In this document: piece after piece, positions 28,734-36,889 of the stretch
How positions within the stretch are numbered: position 1 is the stretch's first letter
Layout of the letters: each line of letters opens with the position of its first letter
Sequence record: DRR723986_609
DNA length: 40,885 bases
Reading direction: 5' to 3' (one strand)
Translations under genes and position numbers: made by a program
The notes under the pieces: model-generated
Told to the model about the DNA's origin: nothing
Databases searched by the model: none
Seen by the model: only the letters and a program-made list of their open reading frames with translations

Positions 28734-29270
28734 TTAACACGAACAGTTTTCATTTGAACTGCCAATAATGTTGCCGTATTTATCTGTTTGAATTTGACAA
28801 CACGAAACAAATAAGTCATTTAATTTTTTTCTAGCTCGCTGAATACGACTTTTGGCTGCAGAATAACTTATGTTTTGCGAAGCAGCGTAATCTTTTTGAG
28901 AAACGTTTTCGAATGCAGTTTTTATAATGGCATCTCTATCTTTTTCATCTAATTGTTGGATATGTGATTTCAGACAACCATAGAACTCTGAGTTTAAATT
29001 TGAATCCGATAAGTCTTCTGGAAGTTCAGGGATTTGGTCGGTGCTAATTTTCTTTTTCCGGTAATAATCAATTATAGAATTTCGGGTAATTTGATAAACC
29101 CATGAGGATAATTTATCCTCATTACTTAGTTTCGAAATATTCATGTGAATTTTAAGAAATACATCTTGCAATATATCCTCACTAATAGATTTTGAATTCA
29201 CCCTTTTCAAGATAAAGTTGAATAATTGATCCTTAAGATCAACCCATATTTCTTCTGTTACAGCATTCAT
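28734..29270 (-). CDS. sigZ: SigZ-type ECF sigma factor with a Cys-rich C-terminus
   Basis: EDILQDVFLKI...SWVYQITRNSIIDYYR, SQKDYA....SYSAAKSRIQRAR and the tail CC.....YGNII......CSC characteristic of SigZ-like sigmas. Confidence 0.8.
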   Translation of the reverse strand: MNAVTEEIWVDLKDQLFNFILKRVNSKSISEDILQDVFLKIHMNISKLSNEDKLSSWVYQITRNSIIDYYRKKKISTDQIPELPEDLSDSNLNSEFYGCLKSHIQQLDEKDRDAIIKTAFENVSQKDYAASQNISYSAAKSRIQRARKKLNDLFVSCCQIQTDKYGNIIGSSNENCSC

Positions 29271-29279
29271 TATTTATAA

Positions 29280-29305
29280 AGACGTATTAAACCAAAAAAG
29301 ATGCA
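29280..29305 (-). promoter_or_regulatory. ECF-type autoregulatory promoter of the SigZ-like gene
   Basis: Minus strand TGCATC-TTTTTTGGTTTAATA-CGTCT (15-nt spacer) ending 9 nt before the ATG. Confidence 0.7.
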
Positions 29306-29335
29306 AAAATTCGCAAAAAGACTTTGAAACTTTTA

Positions 29336-29602
29336 CTAGACCTTATCAGATCTAAGTAGCGTGCTATTACCATTGAAATGAACATCAATTTCGGTCAAAA
29401 CACTTTCTCTACCATCAATTTCGATTTTTTGATGTTTTTCGAATTGAACGGTTATCTCGTTGTAATCGTTCGATAGCGTAATCACCCGAATTCCTTTTCG
29501 CTTAAACACTTCGTCTTCCTCAATAATCCATCCGGTATCTTCTAGATATTCAAGCAGACGGTTTTTTTGAAGGGAATCTATATAAATGGTACCTCTATAC
29601 AT
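29336..29602 (-). CDS. Hypothetical protein
   Basis: 88-aa ORF translationally coupled (1-nt overlap) to the upstream gene; no recognised motif. Confidence 0.55.
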   Translation of the reverse strand: MYRGTIYIDSLQKNRLLEYLEDTGWIIEEDEVFKRKGIRVITLSNDYNEITVQFEKHQKIEIDGRESVLTEIDVHFNGNSTLLRSDKV

Positions 29603-29916
29603 CAGTTAAAAGTTGATGATTTTAGTAAGTCATTTGTCATTTCAAGTTCGTGATCTGTTTTAATTTCAATACAGGCCGACTTCATTAATGCTCTTATTTC
29701 GCCTGCAGAATCTGGTAAATTCTTTCCAGCATTTTCCCAGGTAGCTCTGTTGGGCCATTGCGCATAAGCGATATAATGATGCTCTGCTTTTTTATGAAGC
29801 CTAGAGCCCAAGCTATTTTCAAATTGGTAGATTAACCGGGTTAAATCTTCCCATGCTTTAACGAACTGAGCTTCTTTGCCCGGATGCGTTTTGAATGAAT
29901 AAATGGCTATGAACAT
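29602..29916 (-). CDS. Antibiotic biosynthesis monooxygenase (ABM) domain protein
   Basis: IYSF...PGKEAQF..AW...T..I....SLGSRLH......IAYAQWP pattern. Confidence 0.75.
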   Translation of the reverse strand: MFIAIYSFKTHPGKEAQFVKAWEDLTRLIYQFENSLGSRLHKKAEHHYIAYAQWPNRATWENAGKNLPDSAGEIRALMKSACIEIKTDHELEMTNDLLKSSTFN

Positions 29917-29918
29917 GA

Positions 29919-30473
29919 TTACGGATTTTGAATGTCAATAAAAACGAGTTCGCTCAACTCTTTCGCTTTCATCTCAATTATTGATTCTTTTTTTATACGA
30001 ACTAATCCACCAGTAAAATAGGTTTTTTTGTTCAATTCAATAGCCCCATTTACAACATAGAGATACTGAATGGCTCCTTCACAATCCAAAACACGATATT
30101 GATTTTTTTGAAGTACAAATCCATCTAATTTTCCACTCGTATTTCCTCGACACATTAAATTGAAATCAACGCATTTACCTTCAGATTTGGTTTCCCAATC
30201 ACCTTTAAATTCATCTTGATTAAATTGCCCTAAACTTGCTTGATGATGTCCTTCATGATGAAGGTTTAGATGGCCATAAAGTACCATAAGTGTCCTGTTA
30301 ACACCTGGCAAAGATGTAAATGTTGATTGCTCAACTTCTACTGTAGCGGTGCTCAATCTAAAGTGAAAATTTCTTTCTGAATATTCGGCACCTTCTGGGT
30401 AAATAAATAATTCAGTGGTTGTTCCACCAGACCATTCCTTGATTTCGTAGTTTGATTTAATTAAATGTATCAT
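29919..30473 (-). CDS. HutD/Ves family cupin protein
   Basis: WSGGTTTEL, FRLSTATVE...STFT.LPGV.R.L and DFNLM motifs. Confidence 0.85.
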   Translation of the reverse strand: MIHLIKSNYEIKEWSGGTTTELFIYPEGAEYSERNFHFRLSTATVEVEQSTFTSLPGVNRTLMVLYGHLNLHHEGHHQASLGQFNQDEFKGDWETKSEGKCVDFNLMCRGNTSGKLDGFVLQKNQYRVLDCEGAIQYLYVVNGAIELNKKTYFTGGLVRIKKESIIEMKAKELSELVFIDIQNP

Positions 30474-30596
30474 GCTAAAAGGATATTGTTTTCTCTGAAA
30501 ATCGTCATGGACTAATTGAATATTTTAAAGTTTGTTTGGAGAATTACTCTTCAACGTCTGAGCAAATAACGGAGTAAATCAACAGCCACTAACGGC

Positions 30597-31205
30597 TTAT
30601 TTCAGCTCGTCCATGTCACGAATGAGTTTGTTGATTGGGTCTTTTTTATTTGATCGGTTGATGATTAAAGTACTCACAAAGTATGAAAGTAATAACATTA
30701 TTGGAATTAATAAAAATAGATACCAGTTAGAAATCGCCAACCCATCTATACCAAGCATTTCACCCAAATTTTCATGACTTTTTTTAATGCAGCTGTAAAT
30801 GATCATAGGAGTCATGATTATTGGAATTGAAAGTAAACCAAGATTTCGGTTGAATCTTGTGAGTTGATCCCTTTTTAATTTAAAGGCCAATAAATACTGA
30901 TAGCAATTATCTTGAAAGTCAATCTTTTTTATTCTTTTTAGTTGATATAAGCCGAGGAACGTCCAAGGAATCATTACGGCTGCACTTAGAAGTCCCCAAA
31001 TAAGATCATTGCCAACAAAGTAATTAATTAGCACCATTAAAGCAGAAGCCGGTATCATTAAATAGGCACCGAACCTCATTTTATCTTCTTCTTTGCTTAT
31101 TGACATTTTTGACTTCATATTGTAAAAAGCAATCACCTTAGGTGCTATCAATTCATTCGATTCAATAAAACCTTTTTTCCAGATATTTTCAATTGATTTT
31201 TCCAT
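30597..31205 (-). CDS. Four-TM membrane protein, probable anti-sigma partner
   Basis: Overlaps the ECF gene end by 17 nt. 'MEKSIENIWK' N-terminus, four hydrophobic helices and a C-terminal 'LIRDMDELK'. Confidence 0.65.
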   Translation of the reverse strand: MEKSIENIWKKGFIESNELIAPKVIAFYNMKSKMSISKEEDKMRFGAYLMIPASALMVLINYFVGNDLIWGLLSAAVMIPWTFLGLYQLKRIKKIDFQDNCYQYLLAFKLKRDQLTRFNRNLGLLSIPIIMTPMIIYSCIKKSHENLGEMLGIDGLAISNWYLFLLIPIMLLLSYFVSTLIINRSNKKDPINKLIRDMDELK

Positions 31206-31680
31206 CTAATAATTTTTTTAATCGTTCTTTAATTCTATTAATTCTAACTCCAATATTGTTGGATGTTGTTCCAGTGATACTTGCGATTTCTTCATACGAT
31301 TTTTCCTCCAAATACAGCAAAATTACAGCTCTATCAACTTCAGAAAGTCGTTTAATTGCGAGATAAAGGAGATTTAAATCCTCATCATCAAATACTTTTG
31401 AATCCTCGAGTAATTCAGTTGGTATTTCCTGTTCAGAATGGTTTAGTTTTATTTTCTTGTCCTTCTTTAATAGAGTCAAACAGACGTTAAGAGATACTTT
31501 GTAAACCCATGTTGACCATTCAGATTTATGTAGAAATTTTTCATGACTTCGCCAAATTTGAAGGCAAACTTCTTGATAATAATCTTCAAAATCTTCTTGG
31601 GTGTTACTATATGCCCTGCACATCTTTATAATAATGCCAGCGTAAGGAAGAATGAATTGTTTGTAAAAGTCGCTACTCAC
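31189..31680 (-). CDS. ECF sigma factor (GTG start)
   Basis: DFEDYYQEVCLQIW...STWVYKVSLN and DRAVILLYLEEKSYEEIA...NIGVRINRIK. Confidence 0.9.
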   Translation of the reverse strand: MSSDFYKQFILPYAGIIIKMCRAYSNTQEDFEDYYQEVCLQIWRSHEKFLHKSEWSTWVYKVSLNVCLTLLKKDKKIKLNHSEQEIPTELLEDSKVFDDEDLNLLYLAIKRLSEVDRAVILLYLEEKSYEEIASITGTTSNNIGVRINRIKERLKKLLDGKIN

Positions 31681-31774
31681 TTTTCTTTTTCTTGGTTAGT
31701 GGCAGAAGTTTTAATTTATTACAGTATAAAGAAAATTTTTAATGTTACATTCTTTAAAGGGCTAACTTTGCAGC

Positions 31775-32617
31775 ATGTCTAGATTATTTGCGCCTACTTG
31801 GAAAAATTATGAATTGATTGATGCTGGGGGAGAGCGTAAACTAGAACGTTGGGGAGATATAATAACCATTAGACCTGAACGCAATGCCTATTTCGGATCG
31901 GTTCTTTCTAAATCTGAATGGCAGAAAAAAGCCCATTTTGAATTTGTTGAAGAAACGAAATCCAAAGGTGAGTGGAAGATCCTGAAAGGGAGTGGGGATA
32001 AAACTTGGCCCATTCAATATAATGATGTAACCTTAAATCTGCATCTCACCAATTTTAAACATCTTGGTATTTTTCCGGAACAAGTGGCCAATTGGCAATT
32101 TTTAGAAGAAAATTTAAATAAAGGGGATAGGTTGTTGAACCTATTTGGTTATACTGGAGCAGCGAGTATCGTTGCAAGGGCTAAAGGAGCGGATGTTTTT
32201 CACGTTGATTCTGTTAAACAAGTCATTAATTGGGGAAAAGAAAATATGGAGGCATCTGGTTTGGCGGATATTCATTGGGTATTAGAAGACGCCTTAAAAT
32301 TTGCCCAAAGAGAAGTCAAACGGGGTAAAAAGTATAAGGGTATAATCATGGATCCGCCAGCGTTTGGTATTGGAGCAAAAAAGGAAAGATGGAAAATTGA
32401 GAACAAATTTCCTGATTTGTTAGAGACGGCTTTACAATTAAAACAGAATAAGGGATTTATCATTGCCAATACTTATTCTCCAAGACTAGAGGCGCCAGAA
32501 ATACAACAAATCTGCAAAGAAATTTGTAATTCAGAATTAATTCAAATAAATACCTTAAGCGTTAAATCAACCACTGGAAAAATTCTGGAGTATGGACAAA
32601 GAACCCTTATCCAGTAA
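31775..32617 (+). CDS. Class I SAM-dependent methyltransferase (RlmI/RlmK-like)
   Basis: YELIDAG..RKLERWG, FKHLGIFPEQ, LNLFGYTG and IMDPPAFG motifs. Confidence 0.85.
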   Translation: MSRLFAPTWKNYELIDAGGERKLERWGDIITIRPERNAYFGSVLSKSEWQKKAHFEFVEETKSKGEWKILKGSGDKTWPIQYNDVTLNLHLTNFKHLGIFPEQVANWQFLEENLNKGDRLLNLFGYTGAASIVARAKGADVFHVDSVKQVINWGKENMEASGLADIHWVLEDALKFAQREVKRGKKYKGIIMDPPAFGIGAKKERWKIENKFPDLLETALQLKQNKGFIIANTYSPRLEAPEIQQICKEICNSELIQINTLSVKSTTGKILEYGQRTLIQ

Positions 32618-32981
32618 CCTGCTGAGCTCTTGTTTGAACATGACATGCCCTCAATGTCGGGCTACCCGGATGTTTAAAAAACCAGGCTTTTTCGTTTATT
32701 TCAAAACTTTTGAAATGCATGCCAATTGCGGAAAGTGTGGATTGAAATTCGAGTTGGAGCCAGGCTTTTGGTATGGTGCGCTTTGGGCGAGTTATCCTTT
32801 ATTAATAATTATAGAATTTCCTTTTCTGCTAATGTCCCTTTTTAAGAGCTGGGGAAATTATTGGTCACCATTAGTTATAATGGCTATTGTCTTTATCATT
32901 TTATGGCCAACTTTTATCAGACTAGGACGATCTATTTGGGTCCACGCCTGGGTAAAATTTATTCCGAACGGACAGGTTTAA
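32592..32981 (+). CDS. DUF983 domain protein
   Basis: CPQC...M...CGKCG..FELEPGFWYGA..SY, two TM helices, R.GRSIW. Confidence 0.85.
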   Translation: MDKEPLSSNLLSSCLNMTCPQCRATRMFKKPGFFVYFKTFEMHANCGKCGLKFELEPGFWYGALWASYPLLIIIEFPFLLMSLFKSWGNYWSPLVIMAIVFIILWPTFIRLGRSIWVHAWVKFIPNGQV

Positions 32982-33067
32982 ATGCAAGGAATCTTGAATT
33001 TGTTCGACTCAATGAACACTACATACATCCAAATGTTATTTTTGAACGTAGATTAAATAAAATAAAC

Positions 33068-33403
33068 ATGAGCAAAACATATTACGATCCAGATGATTTA
33101 AAGAAATTCGGTGATATCGCTGATTTTGAGCCAAAACTTGCCGATAAATTTTTTGATTATTATGGTGAGGTTTTTAAAGAAGGAGCGCTTACCGAAAGAG
33201 AAAAGTCTTTAATAGCACTTGCGGTATCTCATGCAGTGCAATGTCCTTATTGTATTGACGCCTATACACAAGACACACTTTCAAAAGGATGCTCCGAAGC
33301 TCAGATGATGGAGGCTGTTCATGTGGCTGCAGCTATTAAAGGCGGTGCAGCTTTAGTACATGGTGTACAAATGATGAACAAGGTGAAAAAACTCTCAATG
33401 TAA
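33068..33403 (+). CDS. AhpD/CMD-family protein (arsenosugar-biosynthesis-associated peroxidase-like)
   Basis: ALTEREKSLIALAVSHAVQCPYCIDAY...EAVHVAAAI.GGA.LVHG. Start at ATG 33068; 2 nt upstream of arsS. Confidence 0.85.
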   Translation: MSKTYYDPDDLKKFGDIADFEPKLADKFFDYYGEVFKEGALTEREKSLIALAVSHAVQCPYCIDAYTQDTLSKGCSEAQMMEAVHVAAAIKGGAALVHGVQMMNKVKKLSM

Positions 33404-33405
33404 TT

Positions 33406-34461
33406 ATGGCAAAATCTCTTAAGGCACAAGGACATAAACTTGCTAAGATTGAAGAACAAATTAAGGTACTTAATGGCGGTGATTTTGAATCAGGTGATTT
33501 ACCAACTTTTGGTCAAAAGATAGCTGAGATAGGTCACGCTCCTTTAAAACCCTCTAAATTGGAAGTTTTTCAAATCAATCTGGGCTACATGTGCAATCAA
33601 ACATGTGCACACTGTCATGTAGATGCTGGTCCTGACAGAAAAGAGATCATGACGCGCGAAACCATGCAGCAATGTGTTGACGTTATTGCTCAGCATGATT
33701 TTCCAACAGTAGATTTAACAGGAGGAGCTCCGGAAATGAATCCTGACTTCAGATGGTTTGTAGAGCAATTAACAGCTGCTGGAGCTAAAGAAATTATTGT
33801 AAGATGTAATTTGACTATCATTCTTGCCAATAAAAAATACCATGATTTACCTGAGTTTTTCAAGAAACATAAAATTAGAGTAGTCAGTTCTTTACCTTAT
33901 TATGAAGCCAGTAAAACTGATCGTCAGAGAGGTGATGGTGTTTTCGGAAAGTCTATTCAAGCTCTTCAAATGTTGAATGAAATTGGTTATGGCAAAGAAG
34001 GCACAGGCCTAATATTAGATCTTGTTTATAATCCCGCTGGAGCATTCTTGCCAGGAAATCAGGCTGCTCTTGAACAAGATTTTAAAAAGTCGTTAATGGC
34101 CAATTTTGAAATCGTATTTAATAACTTATTGGCCATAACTAATCTTCCTATTAGTCGTTTCTTGGATTACCTGATTAGATCAGAAAATTATCAGGAGTAT
34201 ATGGAGAAGTTGGTGGATGCCTACAATCCTGGAGCAGTAGAAAACGTCATGTGCAGAAACACCATAAGTATTGATTGGGAAGGGTACATGTACGACTGTG
34301 ATTTCAATCAAATGTTGTTGCTAAAAACAGATGAAAAAGTGGGTCAACACATTAGCGAATTCGATTTAGATAAAATCAATTCTAGAACGATAAAAATAGG
34401 GCAACACTGTTACGGATGCACTGCTGGTGCTGGTTCGAGTTGTCAGGGTGTTGTGGCTTAA
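33406..34461 (+). CDS. arsS: Radical SAM protein of the ArsS (arsenosugar biosynthesis) family
   Basis: CNQTCAHCHVDAGP cluster motif, DLTGGAPEMNP and C-terminal MCR..ISIDW.G..YDCDFNQ...HCYGCTAGAGSSC. Confidence 0.85.
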   Translation: MAKSLKAQGHKLAKIEEQIKVLNGGDFESGDLPTFGQKIAEIGHAPLKPSKLEVFQINLGYMCNQTCAHCHVDAGPDRKEIMTRETMQQCVDVIAQHDFPTVDLTGGAPEMNPDFRWFVEQLTAAGAKEIIVRCNLTIILANKKYHDLPEFFKKHKIRVVSSLPYYEASKTDRQRGDGVFGKSIQALQMLNEIGYGKEGTGLILDLVYNPAGAFLPGNQAALEQDFKKSLMANFEIVFNNLLAITNLPISRFLDYLIRSENYQEYMEKLVDAYNPGAVENVMCRNTISIDWEGYMYDCDFNQMLLLKTDEKVGQHISEFDLDKINSRTIKIGQHCYGCTAGAGSSCQGVVA

Positions 34462-34465
34462 AATA

Positions 34466-35716
34466 CTAGTTTCTCCAATCGTGAATCTCGGCTAGCTGCT
34501 CGTTGATGTAATTTTCAAAGTGTTCATTCTCAAACGATTCAATCACTTCACCAATGAAGGCTCGCACCAATAATTTTTTCGCGTTCTCTTTTGAAATTCC
34601 TCTGGCCTGTAAATAGAAGATAGCTTCATCATCTAATTGACCAGTCGTAGAGCCATGAGAACATTTAACGTCATCCGCATAAATTTCTAATTCGGGTTTA
34701 GAGTTTATTTTGGCATAATCAGATAACAAAATGTTTCCATTATTTTGATAAGCGTTAATCACCTGTGCATCCTTTTGAACCACAACTCGTCCGTTAAAAA
34801 CGCCTGTCGATTTGCCGCCTAAAACATATTTGTAGTTTTCATCACTCATGCAATTCGGCACCTGGTGGTCAACAAAAGTGTGGTTATCCACCACCTCATT
34901 ATCCTTTGTAATTACAGCTCCATTCATGAAGGTTTCGCAGTTCTCACCTGCAACCGCAATATTGATATTGTTTCTCACCAAAGCACCGCTTAATGTGATG
35001 GTGTTGATTTTAAATACTGAATTTCGTTCTTGGTGCACTTGCTCGGTTGAAATAATTGAATTGCTTCTCTCATCTAGCTGCGCCTTGTTAATTTTCAAAT
35101 GCGAGTTTTCAGAAACATAAGCCTCTGTGACATGATTAGTAAAACTATCAGTACTTTCTTTTGATATGAAGGTTTGGATAATCTCACTTTGTGATGATTT
35201 TCCAGCATCAATGTATAGTCTAGTATTTGCTATTATCTGATTGCCTTTTGAGACATAGATGATTTGCAGAGGACCTTTATTAATTTTATTCGCACCAATC
35301 TTTATTGAAATCACTTTTTCAAAAAACGCAGAATTGATAGATGAAAAAACATCTTTTTTATTCAAATTTTTATCGAAATAGTGCTCTTCGGCCATTCTAT
35401 CCGCACCTAAAAAATCTATTTCAAAATCCAACTTAGAAAATTGACTCAAATCTTCTCTAACGAATCCGTTCACGACCACAATATAATCGTTGGAGATAAT
35501 ATGCTTAGTCAGGTTTAATTTATCAGGATCGGCAAATTTTGAAAGTTCTAATTTCGTAAGCTTACCTAACCTAGTGTATTTCCAGTATTCATCCCTTGTG
35601 GACGGAAAGTCTAATTCACCGAGACGTTCTGCTGCCCTTTGCTGAAAATCTGCAGACGAAACATCTAAATTTTTGATGAAATTGGTTACTTTATTTGATG
35701 TTGTTATTTCTGACAT
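34466..35716 (-). CDS. sufD: Fe-S cluster assembly protein SufD
   Basis: FP..RDEYWKYT, GVFNG, KPELEIYADDVKCSHG and FYLQARGI motifs. Start at MSEITT. Confidence 0.93.
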   Translation of the reverse strand: MSEITTSNKVTNFIKNLDVSSADFQQRAAERLGELDFPSTRDEYWKYTRLGKLTKLELSKFADPDKLNLTKHIISNDYIVVVNGFVREDLSQFSKLDFEIDFLGADRMAEEHYFDKNLNKKDVFSSINSAFFEKVISIKIGANKINKGPLQIIYVSKGNQIIANTRLYIDAGKSSQSEIIQTFISKESTDSFTNHVTEAYVSENSHLKINKAQLDERSNSIISTEQVHQERNSVFKINTITLSGALVRNNINIAVAGENCETFMNGAVITKDNEVVDNHTFVDHQVPNCMSDENYKYVLGGKSTGVFNGRVVVQKDAQVINAYQNNGNILLSDYAKINSKPELEIYADDVKCSHGSTTGQLDDEAIFYLQARGISKENAKKLLVRAFIGEVIESFENEHFENYINEQLAEIHDWRN

Positions 35717-35754
35717 TATAATTAGTTCATGAGTCAATTAGTCTAGGCAATAGA

Positions 35755-35879
35755 TTACAAATGTTTCTCTATCGACTTGATGAACGAATTGATCATTTTA
35801 TTTTCTTCTGTTATTAATCCTATTAAATTTTCAAATCCCTATGTGACTTAACTTCACCCAATTTTAAGGCTATTAATTT
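35755..35879 (-). pseudogene. Decayed 3' fragment of a four-helix-bundle (23S rRNA IVS-like) protein gene
   Basis: Minus strand reads KLIALKLGEVKSH, then after a frameshift GFENLIGLITEENKMINSFIKSIEKHL*, resembling helices 3-4 of that family. No start codon for the full fragment. Confidence 0.55.
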
Positions 35880-35882
35880 AAC

Positions 35883-35940
35883 TTATTGACTCCTTTTATT
35901 GACTCCTTTTATTGACTCCTTCACTTACGACTTATTGACT
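35883..35940. repeat. 13-bp tandem repeat (TTATTGACTCCTT)x3 plus a partial copy
   Basis: Exact copies at 35883, 35896 and 35909; TTATTGACT again at 35932. Confidence 0.9.
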
Positions 35941-35943
35941 TAA

Positions 35944-36708
35944 CTAAGCCTCAGCATTCAACCAATCATACCCCTTTTCTTCCAGCTCCAACGCCAAAGT
36001 CTTGTCTCCCGTCTTTACAATTTTTCCATCAGCCAACACATGAACAAAATCCGGAACGATATAATCAAGTAATCTTTGGTAATGTGTAATCAAAATCACT
36101 GCATTGTTTTCGTTTTTCAATTTGTTTACTCCAGCGGCAACAATTCTCAAGGCATCAATATCTAAACCTGAATCTGTTTCATCTAGAATTGCAACCTTAG
36201 GTTCCAACATGGCCATTTGAAAAATTTCATTTCGCTTTTTCTCACCACCTGAGAATCCTTCGTTTACTGAACGAGAAGCCAATTTAGGGTCCAATTCTAC
36301 AATAGAAGATTTTTCTCTTACCATTGCCATGAAATCTTTTGCAGAGATTTGTTCTTCGCCTCTGTATTCTTTGATTTCATTCAAGGCCGTTCTCAAAAAA
36401 TTGATATTAGAAACGCCTGGAATTTCAACAGGATACTGAAAGGCTAAAAACAGACCTTCTTTTGCTCTTTCGTCCGGATCTAATTCTAAAATATCTGCTC
36501 CGTCCATTTCTATTGAACCCTCAGTGATTTCATATCCATCTTTACCGGAAACAACAGAGGCTAAAGTAGATTTACCAGCTCCATTCGGTCCCATTATAGC
36601 ATGGACTTCACCAGCTTTAACGGTTAAATTCAATCCTTTCAAAATTGCTTTTCCTTCTTCTTCAATTTCCGCATGAAGATTCTTGATATCTAATAACGTT
36701 TTACTCAT
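35944..36708 (-). CDS. sufC: Fe-S cluster assembly ATPase SufC
   Basis: GEVHAIMGPNGAGKST, FQYPVEIPGV, VNEGFSGGEKKRNE and LDETDSGLDID motifs. Confidence 0.96.
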   Translation of the reverse strand: MSKTLLDIKNLHAEIEEEGKAILKGLNLTVKAGEVHAIMGPNGAGKSTLASVVSGKDGYEITEGSIEMDGADILELDPDERAKEGLFLAFQYPVEIPGVSNINFLRTALNEIKEYRGEEQISAKDFMAMVREKSSIVELDPKLASRSVNEGFSGGEKKRNEIFQMAMLEPKVAILDETDSGLDIDALRIVAAGVNKLKNENNAVILITHYQRLLDYIVPDFVHVLADGKIVKTGDKTLALELEEKGYDWLNAEA

Positions 36709-36732
36709 TGCTTATTTTGTCTTTCAATTTTT

Positions 36733-36887
36733 TCCAATTAAAATTGGATTAAGCGGGAGGAAAAATGTTATCCGAGTTCCTCCCTCTCGGTCTCCCTCCA
36801 AAGGGAGAAATATTTTATTCGTTCTAATTAAAGAGCCCTGACCGCGTGTCGCTTTAGCTTTAGCGGTGGCGCAGGCACTCGAAGGGC
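36733..36887. repeat. Cluster of GC-rich palindromes / REP-like elements between sufB and sufC
   Basis: TCCAATT-AA-AATTGGA; GGGAGGAA-N14-TTCCTCCC; TCTCCCT-CCAA-AGGGAGA; GCCCTGA...TCGAAGGGC. Confidence 0.6.
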
Positions 36888-36889
36888 GA

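Noticed and set aside
30580-30596. CAGCCACTAACGGC as an integron attC-like half-site (GCCACTAAC also occurs on the minus strand near 31695-31703)
   Set aside because: No complementary partner box, no array and no integrase; a 9-bp match can be chance.
32861-33067. N-terminal extension of the 180-aa ORF; likewise the extended starts at 3309, 10020, 10047, 14781, 19543, 20127 and 35737
   Set aside because: The extensions overlap neighbouring genes, promoters or repeats and lack family similarity. Downstream ATGs fit better.
34441-34443. Possible selenocysteine in ArsS
   Set aside because: The codon at the GSSC position is TGT and the ORF ends at TAA.
28543-34461. Cys-rich peptide as a RiPP (ranthipeptide/sactipeptide) precursor for the nearby radical SAM enzyme
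   Set aside because: The peptide has no leader region. The radical SAM protein is ArsS-like with no RRE or SPASM domain, lies about 4.7 kb away on the other strand, and no transporter or protease is linked.
35883-35940. Tandem repeat as a CRISPR array
   Set aside because: The 13-bp units are directly adjacent with no spacers, and there are no cas genes.
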